NCBI GenBank assembly: GCA_964478885.1
Contig: CAYZKT010000002.1
Coordinates: forward strand, 1 to 46,180
Length of the DNA stretch: 46,180 nt
DNA from: an uncultured Syntrophaceae bacterium
GTDB taxonomy: Bacteria; Desulfobacterota; Syntrophia; Syntrophales; UBA2192
Direction: 5' to 3'
Part shown: positions 27,484 through 37,994 of the stretch, piece by piece
Numbering within the stretch: position 1 is the stretch's first letter
Layout of the letters: every line of letters starts with the position of its first letter
Notes under the pieces: model-generated
The model's database searches: none
The model's input: the letters and a program-made list of their open reading frames with translations, nothing else
What the model was told of the DNA's origin: nothing
Translations under genes and position numbers: made by a program

Positions 27484-27870
27484 CTAGCCCGTGCTCTGTT
27501 TTTTCCGATCGTCGATGTCGCCCGGGTACATCATGGCGTCCTGGCCTCGCTCCCGCGTCCGTATCCGGATCACCTCCTGGACGGGCGTGACGAAGATGAG
27601 ACCGTCTCCCGGTTCACCCGTGTGCGCCGATTTGAGGATGGCCTCGATGGCGGGCTCGAGGTTGCGTTCGCTCAGGACGATGTTGACCTGGATCTTGGGC
27701 AGCATGTTTACCTGGTAGGTACCCGCTCGACCGACCAGCTGTATGCCTCCCTGGCGGCCATGGCCCCGCACCTCGAAGGTGTTCAGTCCCATGATGCCGA
27801 TCTCCTTCAGGGCGTCTATGACGTCATTGACCTTGTCTTCGCGAATGATGGCTTCGACTTTTTTCAGCAT
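27484..27870 (-). CDS. P-II family protein, second amt-linked paralogue with a C-terminal extension
   Basis: 128 aa. MLKKVEAIIREDKVNDV...GHGRQGGIQLVGRAGTYQV...TGEPGDGLIFV, plus an extra tail ERGQDAMMYPGDIDDRKKQSTG. Confidence 0.9.
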   Translation of the reverse strand: MLKKVEAIIREDKVNDVIDALKEIGIMGLNTFEVRGHGRQGGIQLVGRAGTYQVNMLPKIQVNIVLSERNLEPAIEAILKSAHTGEPGDGLIFVTPVQEVIRIRTRERGQDAMMYPGDIDDRKKQSTG

Positions 27871-27933
27871 GTTCTTCTCTCCATGAGTTGAATCGTGTGA
27901 CGGATGGCAGGCGGTCGCTGCGATCGCACCCGG

Positions 27934-29160
27934 TCAGGAGTAGGATCTCTCCCCGTGTGAGCTGATGTCCAGCCCGACTTCCTCCTCCATGGGTTGGACC
28001 CTCAGGCCGATACTGGCGTTCAGCGCCTTGGCGAGCACGTAGGTCACGCAGAAGGAGTAGACCATGGTGACGGCGATGCCGAGAAACTGGATGCCCAGCT
28101 GTGCAGGGTTTCCGAAGAAGAGGCCGTTTGCGCCGCCGCCGTTGACGGACACGGTGGCGAAAAGGCCGGCGGCAACCATGCCCCAGGTGCTGGAGATACC
28201 GTGGCAGGCCCAGACGTCGAGCGATTCGTCGAGCTTGCGCTTGTCCCGGAAACGGATGGCGTAGTAGGAAAGCGGTGCCGCCACGGCCCCCACGACCATG
28301 GATGCCATGGGGGTGATGAAGCCCGAGGCCGGGGTGACGGCGGCCAGGCCGACGACCATTCCGGTAGCGATGCCCAGGGTGCTGGGCCTTCCGTCGAGCC
28401 AGGAGAGAACCATCCAGACCAGTCCCGCCGTGGCCGCGGAGGTATTAGTCGTCAGCAGGGCGTTGACAGCGACGCCGTTTGCGGCCAGGGCGGAGCCGGC
28501 GTTGAAGCCGAACCAGCCCACCCACAGCAGACCCGTTCCCAGCACGGTCAGGGGGATGTTATTCGGCTCCATCGGGGCCGATCCGAATCCTTTGCGGGGG
28601 CCGATGACCAGGGCAAAGGCCAGGGCGGAAAAGCCGGCCGCGATGTGAACCACCGTCCCGCCGGCAAAGTCGAGGACACCCATGTTCTTGAGCCAGCCGC
28701 CCTGTCCCCATACCCAGTGGCACAGGGGATCGTAGACCAGCGTGGCCCAGAGGAGGCTGAACAGCAGGAAGCTCTTGAAGCGCACGCGCTCCACGAAGGC
28801 GCCCGTGATCAGGGCCGGCGTGATGACGGCAAACATCATCTGGAAGGCCGCGAAGAGCCCCTGGGGAATCGTTTTCGCGTAGTCGGGGTTGGGCGCCGCG
28901 TCGACCCCCTGGAAGCCGATGAAGTTCAGGCCGCCGATGAGGCCGTTGATCGAGGTGCCGAACGCCAGCGAGTACCCGTAGGCCACCCATTGCACCCCGA
29001 TGAGGGCCATGAAGACGTAACTCAGGGTCAGCGTGGAGAGGACGTTTTTCCTGCGTACCATGCCGCCGTAGAAGAACGCGAGGCCCGGCGTCATCAGGAG
29101 AACCAGAGCGCAGGAGACAAGAATCCAGGCTGTATCGCCCGTGTCGATTTGAGGAACCAT
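27934..29160 (-). CDS. amt: ammonium transporter (Amt family), second copy
   Basis: 408 aa. GDTAWILVSCALVLLMTPGLAFFYGGMVRRKN, DFAGGTVVHIAAG, GFNAGSA, ACHGISSTWG. Confidence 0.95.
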   Translation of the reverse strand: MVPQIDTGDTAWILVSCALVLLMTPGLAFFYGGMVRRKNVLSTLTLSYVFMALIGVQWVAYGYSLAFGTSINGLIGGLNFIGFQGVDAAPNPDYAKTIPQGLFAAFQMMFAVITPALITGAFVERVRFKSFLLFSLLWATLVYDPLCHWVWGQGGWLKNMGVLDFAGGTVVHIAAGFSALAFALVIGPRKGFGSAPMEPNNIPLTVLGTGLLWVGWFGFNAGSALAANGVAVNALLTTNTSAATAGLVWMVLSWLDGRPSTLGIATGMVVGLAAVTPASGFITPMASMVVGAVAAPLSYYAIRFRDKRKLDESLDVWACHGISSTWGMVAAGLFATVSVNGGGANGLFFGNPAQLGIQFLGIAVTMVYSFCVTYVLAKALNASIGLRVQPMEEEVGLDISSHGERSYS

Positions 29161-29198
29161 GATTTCCCTTCCCCCTAGAAATGGAATGCTCTCCGGAT

Positions 29199-29214
29199 TG
29201 CAAGACGCCGGCCA
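29199..29214 (-). promoter_or_regulatory. candidate sigma54 promoter for the second amt-PII unit (imperfect -24 box)
   Basis: Minus strand reads TGGCCG-GCGTC-TTGCA. GG/GC spacing is correct. About 40 nt upstream of ATG 29160, with AT-rich DNA upstream. Confidence 0.4.
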
Positions 29215-29510
29215 TTTAAATTCCCTCTACAATACAAAGACTTATCGAATAAGCGGCGACATTTGATAGTACGGTAATGTATGATTATGAAAAAATAACA
29301 CGAATATGTTCATTTGGACTGGTAATGGCACGTTCAGGAGGGAAAAACAGGGTCGGAAAAGTGTGAGAAGTGCCGGGGCTGACGGTCATCCCCTCTCGTT
29401 TAAGGGGGGAGAGAGGACAGGCTCGATCGATCCCGTTCGGCCGGGAAAGGCCGGAGGCGGGATAGGGCACCGTACGTGCCCCGGCACCGATCGTTCTTCT
29501 CGTTTTGGCG

Positions 29511-29699
29511 CTAGCCCTTTTCAGGCAGGGGCCGTTCGTAGTGCACGGCGGCGAGCCCCAGGATCGACAGCGCAACAACCACGGCCAGCAGAGGGTAGGT
29601 GAACCATGCCGTCAGTCCAAGCACCTTGATGACGGCGATGGCGCCGATCGCGCACAGGAGGACGAGAATCTGCAGGAGAATGACCTTCATGGTTTTCAT
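29511..29699 (-). CDS. small (62 aa) two-TM membrane protein, hypothetical
   Basis: MKTMKVILLQILVLLCAIGAIAVIKVLGLTAWFTYPLLAVVVALSILGLAAV. AAAGGTGA lies 6 nt upstream of the ATG. Confidence 0.5.
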   Translation of the reverse strand: MKTMKVILLQILVLLCAIGAIAVIKVLGLTAWFTYPLLAVVVALSILGLAAVHYERPLPEKG

Positions 29700-29883
29700 C
29701 GCGTTTCACCTTTCTTGGCCGTGTCTTTCCCAGGCCGACTGTCATCGTCGTCCCCGGCGGCCGCTTCAACCGTCTCCAGAGGCGATTGGATTTGGAATCG
29801 CCTCGATTTTTCGGTTCGTCCGGCCGCTGCGGAACCGTTTCCATGCCGCGGCAATCCTCTACACTCCGTTCGCGCAGCCATAT

Positions 29884-30085
29884 AAAAAGCCGCCGGCCGA
29901 ACAAACTGTCCGACTGGCGGCCCGACCATGCCTTCTATCCCTTCAGGACTGACCCGCAGGCCCATCCCGAACCCTCACCCCCCATGCATCGCGGGATGCA
30001 CGGCTTGCCATCGCGTGTAGTGTCGACTTTACCGTTCCGGGAAGAGATCCTCCTTCGTGTGAGCGGCCGTGGTAATGCGATCCAC
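29884..30085 (-). ncRNA. candidate structured RNA B (sRNA or leader element) ending in an intrinsic terminator; 5' end not defined
   Basis: Terminator: 14-bp stem (one mismatch, two G-U pairs) at 29889-29921 plus UUUUU (29884-88). Shares blocks with RNA A (see findings). No credible ORF. Confidence 0.35.
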
Positions 30086-30350
30086 AAAAAAAACCGCCAG
30101 TCGAACACGAGGTTCGACTGGCGGCCCGACCATGCCTTATCTGTCACCTCCGGAACGCAGCATCGTTCCGGACCCGAAAGCTATTCAATTTCGGCTTGTT
30201 CTTACCACACCCGCAGGCACACGACAAGAACAAATTGCGTGAATCCCGACGAACGCGGCAGCGGGTTCCTTCTCAATATTTGTTCCGCTTCGCGGCGCTC
30301 CTCGGTCACCTGCTATTCCAAATCGGTCTCGTCAAAAAGGGTTAGATGCG
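30086..30350 (-). ncRNA. candidate structured RNA A (sRNA or leader element) ending in an intrinsic terminator; 5' end not defined
   Basis: Terminator: perfect 13-bp stem CCGCCAGTCGAAC / GTTCGACTGGCGG (30094-30124) plus 8 U (30086-93). Internal hairpin at 30149-30172. No credible ORF. Confidence 0.35.
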
Positions 30351-30358
30351 AGTCACTT

Positions 30359-30460
30359 GAACGGATGGAAGTTAGGAAGTTGAGAAGCTCGGAGAAGCCG
30401 GCAGCATGCAATTTGTTTTCAATTCATCCAAGCTTCACAATTTTTCAGCTTCTCAACTTC
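30359..30460. repeat. about 100-bp GAAG-repeat palindromic element immediately 3' of purF
   Basis: gaagttgagaagct (30376-30389) and agcttctcaacttc (30447-30460) form a perfect 14-bp inverted repeat. Shares sequence with 11651-11760 and 24585-24604. Confidence 0.75.
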
Positions 30461-30481
30461 TTTCTCGGCGCGCATCGCGCG

Positions 30482-31942
30482 CTAAGAAATGAAGGGGAGA
30501 TCGTCCTGCTGCGGTTCGCAGGATAGCCTGTCCTCCATGCAGAACTTGTCGAGCTCTTCCTCGACGGGGATGGGGTACTTGCCGGAATAGCAGGCCAGGC
30601 AAAAGCTCCGGGGGTCCATCTGGGTGGCCTCCACCATGCCCCTGATGCTGAGGTAGTAAAGGGAGTCGAGCCCGATGAATCGTCCCACGGCGTCCACCGC
30701 GCCCTTCTCGGCCGCGACGAGTTCCCCCTTCGAGGAGAAGTCGATCCCGTAGGGGCAGGGGTTGCGGGTGGGGGGGCAGCTGATGGCCATGTGGATTTCC
30801 TTCACGCCGATCTGCCGGAGGTTGCGGATGCGGTTGCGGCTCGTGGTGCCCCGGATGATGGAGTCCTCGACGATGAGGACGCGCTTTCCCTGCAGGAGAG
30901 GCTTGACGGGGTTGAGCTTCACGCGCACGCCGAAGTCACGGATCGCCTGGGAAGGCTGGATGAACGTGCGGCCCACGTAGTGGTTGCGGATCATGCCCAT
31001 CTCGAAGGGCAGCTTGCTCTCCTCGGCATAACCGAGTGCGGCATAATTCCCCGAGTCGGGAAAGGGCATGACGAGGTCCACGTCGGGGCAGTACTCGCGG
31101 GCCAGCTGGTGGCCGAAGCGCTTGCGGCAGAGGTAGACGTTCTGGCCGAAAATGTGGCTGTCGGGTCGCGCGAAGTAGACAAGCTCGAAGATGCAGTGGG
31201 CGGGCCGGACCTTCCGGAACGGCTTGAGGCTGCGCATCCCCGTGTTGTCGACGATGACGATCTCGCCGGGCTCCACGTCGCGCACGTAAGTGGCGCCGAG
31301 CAGATCGAAGGCGCAGGTCTCCGAGGCGACAACGGTCGCCTCGCCGAGCCTGCCGATCGCCAGGGGCCGGAACCCCCGCGGGTCGCGGGCGGCGATGACC
31401 TTGTCCTTGGTCAGCATCACGAGGCAGTAGGACCCTTTCACCTTCCCGAGCGCCTTGACTAGGGCCTCGTCGAAGCCGTTGCGGAGGTGGTGGGCCATGA
31501 GGTGGACGACGATCTCGCTGTCCATGGTGGACTGGAAGATGGAGCCCTGATTCTCGAGCTGCGAGCGGAGCTGCCGGGCGTTGATGAAGTTGCCGTTGTG
31601 ACCCAGGGCGTAGGGCTCGCCGGCGTGGTGGACCAGGAAGGGCTGCGCGTTCGACAGGGTCGAGGAGCCCGTCGTGGAGTAGCGGACGTGCCCGATGGCC
31701 ATGTGTCCCGGGAGTTTTTGAAGCGTGTTCTCGTGGAACACCTCCGAGACCAGGCCCATCCCTTTGTGCTCGTGCACGGTCTTTCCGTCGGCCGTGGTGA
31801 TGCCGGCGCTTTCCTGTCCGCGGTGCTGAAGCGCGAAGAGCCCGAAGTACGTCAACCGTGCCGCCTGTTCGTGGCCGTGCACGGCAAAGATCCCGCACTC
31901 CTCGCGGGGCCCGCCCTCACTCATCCAGTCATTGAGCATCAT
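30482..31942 (-). CDS. purF: amidophosphoribosyltransferase
   Basis: 486 aa. CGIFAVHGHEQAARLTYFGLFALQHRGQESAGI, PRPP-binding VEDSIIRGTT, C-terminal Cys ligands (CLACYSGKYP). Confidence 0.95.
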   Translation of the reverse strand: MMLNDWMSEGGPREECGIFAVHGHEQAARLTYFGLFALQHRGQESAGITTADGKTVHEHKGMGLVSEVFHENTLQKLPGHMAIGHVRYSTTGSSTLSNAQPFLVHHAGEPYALGHNGNFINARQLRSQLENQGSIFQSTMDSEIVVHLMAHHLRNGFDEALVKALGKVKGSYCLVMLTKDKVIAARDPRGFRPLAIGRLGEATVVASETCAFDLLGATYVRDVEPGEIVIVDNTGMRSLKPFRKVRPAHCIFELVYFARPDSHIFGQNVYLCRKRFGHQLAREYCPDVDLVMPFPDSGNYAALGYAEESKLPFEMGMIRNHYVGRTFIQPSQAIRDFGVRVKLNPVKPLLQGKRVLIVEDSIIRGTTSRNRIRNLRQIGVKEIHMAISCPPTRNPCPYGIDFSSKGELVAAEKGAVDAVGRFIGLDSLYYLSIRGMVEATQMDPRSFCLACYSGKYPIPVEEELDKFCMEDRLSCEPQQDDLPFIS

Positions 31943-31979
31943 GGTCGAGTCGAACCTTACCCTGTCAAAAGGGAATTCT

Positions 31980-35307
<3,328 letters not shown>

Positions 35308-35315
<8 letters not shown>

Positions 35316-36453
35316 CGCTGCGTTTCTCTCTGAGCATGAGGTCGGTGAATTCCGTGAAGAGGTACTCGGCGTCCTGCGGGCCCGGCGCCGCCTCAGGGTG
35401 GTACTGGACGCTGAAGGCCTTCAGCTCCGGGACGATGAGGCCCTCGAGGGTGTCGTCGTTGAGGTTCACGTGCGTGGCCACGACCAGGTTCCCGAGGGTC
35501 TCCGGCAGGACCGTGAAGCCGTGGTTCTGGGAGCTGATCTCGACCTGGTTGCGGGTCACGTTCTTGGCGGGCTGGTTGATGCCGTGGTGGCCGAACTTGA
35601 GCTTGGCCGTCTTTCCCCCCAGCGCCTGTCCGAGGATCTGGTGACCCAGGCAGATCCCGAAGATCGGCGTCCGGCCCAGGAGGTCCCGCACCGTCTTGAC
35701 GATGTAGGGCAGGGTGGCCGGGTCGCCCGGCCCGTTGCTGAGCAGTACGCCGTCGGGGGCGTAGGCGCGGATCTCGGGGGCCGTCGCCCGGCAGGGGACC
35801 ACGACGACCGCGCAGCCCCGTTTCTCGAGGTTGCGCAGGATGTTGTACTTCACGCCGCAGTCGATGACGACGACGCGCAGTCGCGATTTCGTTTTTTCCA
35901 GCTCTTCGATGGGGCGGGGGCCGTTGTCTTTCCAGAGGTAGGGCCTCTCGCAGGTCACGAAGGGGATGAGGTCCCGGCCCACGAGCCCCGGGTAGGCCCG
36001 GACCCGTTCGAGCAGAAGCGTCGTGTCGTCCGTCTCCGTGGAGAGGATGCCCTTCATGGCGCCCGCCAGCCGGATCTTCCGCGTGAGGGCCCGCGTGTCG
36101 ATCCCCTCGACGCCGAGCTTACCGTGTTCCTCGAGGAACTCCTTGAGGGTGCGGGTGGACCGCCAGTTGCTGGGGTGCGGCTGGTACTCCTTGACGATGA
36201 ACCCCTCGAGGTGGATCCGGGACGACTCCATGTCCTCGGGGTTGATCCCGGTGTTGCCGATGAGGGGGTAGGTCATCGTCACGATCTGTTCCTTGTAGGA
36301 GGGGTCCGTGAGGATTTCCTGGTAGCCCGTCATCCCCGTATTGAAGACGACTTCGCCCATGGACTGCCCCCGGTGCGCGAAGGCAACGCCGCGGTAGACG
36401 CTCCCGTCCTCGAGGACGAGCAGGGCTCGTGGACGTTTCTTGAGCAGGTGCAT
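35308..36453 (-). CDS. carA: carbamoyl-phosphate synthase small (glutaminase) subunit
   Basis: Start at [22 protein letters not shown] (ATG 36451-36453), inside the longer tracked [10 protein letters not shown] catalytic Cys, HHG...QYHPE. Overlaps the carB start by 8 nt. Confidence 0.93.
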
Positions 36454-36486
36454 GATGTTCGTGTTCCCGATGTTTCCGTGTGCGTG

Positions 36487-36515
36487 AAAAGGGGCAGCCC
36501 GGAGGCTGCCCCTTT
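36487..36515 (-). terminator. terminator-like hairpin between glnA and carA
   Basis: 9-bp stem GGGGCAGCC / GGCTGCCCC (36491-36512) with a 4-nt loop. U-run on the minus strand (36487-90), and TTT on the plus side as well. Confidence 0.5.
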
Positions 36516-36521
36516 CGCCGT

Positions 36522-37853
36522 TTACAGCATCGGCAGGTACCGGCTGAGCTCGAAGTCCGTGACGTGGGTGCGGAACATGTCCCACTCCTTCTCCTTGTTG
36601 GCGATCACCTTGCCGAAGATGTGATCGCCGAGCACCTCGTTGGCCAGAACGCTCTGCTTGAACTCCTCCGTGGCCTCCCAGAGGCTTCCGGGCAGGGAGG
36701 TGATCCCGGCCTCGGCGCGCGCCCTGGCGTCCATCTCGAAGATATCGTGCTCCACAGGCTCGGGAAGGGCGTACTTGCCCTCGACACCCTTGAGGCCCGC
36801 GCCCAGCATGAGGGCAAAGGCCAAATAGGGGTTGCAGGTGGGGTCGGGCGAGCGGAACTCGATGCGCGTCGCCTTTTCCTTGCCGGGTTTGTACATGGGC
36901 ACGCGGATCATGGCGGAGCGATTGCGGCGGGCCCAGGCGCAGTAGACGGGCGCCTCGTAGCCGGGCACCAAACGCTTGTAGGAGTTCACCCACTGGTTGG
37001 TGACGGCCGTGATCTCGCGGGCATGCCGCATGATCCCGGCTATGTAGCTCTTGGCCATGGCGGAGAGGTGGTAGGGGTCCTTGGCGTCGAAGAAGGCGTT
37101 CTTGCTGCCCTTGAAGAGCGACTGGTGAACGTGCATGCCGCTTCCGTTCTGGCCGAAGATGGGCTTGGGCATGAAGGTGGCGTACACGCCGTTTTGCCGG
37201 GCGATCTCCTTGACGGCCACCCTGTACGTCATGACCGTGTCGGACATCTGGAGGGCGTCGTCGTAGCGCAGGTCGATCTCGTGCTGGCTCGGGGCCACCT
37301 CGTGGTGGCTGTACTCGACGCGGATGCCCATGCTCTGCAGGGCGAAGATCGTCTGGCGGCGCAGGTCGGTGCCCCGGTCCACGGGGAGGCCGTCGAAGTA
37401 GCCGGCCTGGTCGATGATCTCGGCGTCGGTGTCGTTGGCGAAGTAGAAGTACTCGAGCTCGGGGCCCACGTAGAAGGTGTAGCCCTGCTTGGCGACCTTG
37501 GCGAGGATCCGCTTGAGGGCGTAGCGGGGGTCGCCCGTGTAGGGGGAGCCGTCGGGGCTCAGGATGTCGCAGAACATCCGTGCCACGGGGCGGTCGCTGG
37601 GGCGCCAGGGGATGAGCTGGAACGTCTTGGGGTCCGGCATGGCGATCATGTCGCTCTCCTCGATGCGGGCGAACCCCTCAATGGAGGAGCCGTCGAACCC
37701 CATGCCCTCCGCCATGCCTTCCTGAAGTTCGGACGGGGTCACGCTGAAGGTCTTGAGCCTGCCGAGGACGTCGGTGAACCAGAACTGAATGAAGCTGACG
37801 TTCTTGTCCTTGACGAATTTCTGTACATCCTTTGCGTCTCGTATGTTGGTCAT
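36522..37853 (-). CDS. glnA: glutamine synthetase, type I
   Basis: 443 aa. FIQFWFTDVLGRLK, GFDGSSIEGF, KPIFGQNGSGMHVHQSL, NPYLAFA. Confidence 0.97.
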   Translation of the reverse strand: MTNIRDAKDVQKFVKDKNVSFIQFWFTDVLGRLKTFSVTPSELQEGMAEGMGFDGSSIEGFARIEESDMIAMPDPKTFQLIPWRPSDRPVARMFCDILSPDGSPYTGDPRYALKRILAKVAKQGYTFYVGPELEYFYFANDTDAEIIDQAGYFDGLPVDRGTDLRRQTIFALQSMGIRVEYSHHEVAPSQHEIDLRYDDALQMSDTVMTYRVAVKEIARQNGVYATFMPKPIFGQNGSGMHVHQSLFKGSKNAFFDAKDPYHLSAMAKSYIAGIMRHAREITAVTNQWVNSYKRLVPGYEAPVYCAWARRNRSAMIRVPMYKPGKEKATRIEFRSPDPTCNPYLAFALMLGAGLKGVEGKYALPEPVEHDIFEMDARARAEAGITSLPGSLWEATEEFKQSVLANEVLGDHIFGKVIANKEKEWDMFRTHVTDFELSRYLPML

Positions 37854-37994
37854 CGGGGCCTCCTTCGTTGGATGTGAGTTCCTTCATTCAGTCCGGGCGC
37901 GAACGGCGCCCGCATCGGAATGGAGAATTTTGACAGAGCCTGCCTAAAAATCAAGTATTTTCGCTTCGACCGTGTCCCGCCCGCCCCGTTGACG

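Noticed and set aside
29779-29811. Hairpin GAGGCGATT/AATCGCCTC followed by TTTTT on the plus strand (terminator-like).
   Set aside because: There is no plus-strand gene upstream for it to terminate. It may simply be structure in the leader of the small minus-strand ORF, or it may stop antisense transcription. Evidence is insufficient to annotate it.
29908-30140. Plus-strand GACTGGCGG...ACCCGCAGGC resembles the ZTP (pfl) riboswitch core (GACUGGCG...CCGCCUGGGC), tempting because purF is adjacent.
   Set aside because: The match is only partial. The orientation is wrong: purF is on the minus strand and upstream, not downstream. The GACTGGCGG segments are clearly one arm of minus-strand terminator stems followed by U-runs.
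29786-30526. 246-aa plus-strand ORF and 70-aa minus-strand ORF (29935..30147) in the gene-free gap.
   Set aside because: Both run straight through the two terminator hairpins and the palindromic repeat. They have no RBS or start context and have junk-like composition.
37854-37994. Looked for a sigma54 promoter upstream of glnA and upstream of the amidotransferase gene (43128-43260).
   Set aside because: No TGGCAC-N5-TTGC-like match with correct GG/GC spacing was found. Only a hairpin (GGGCGC/GCGCCC) lies in the glnA leader, so no promoter is called there.
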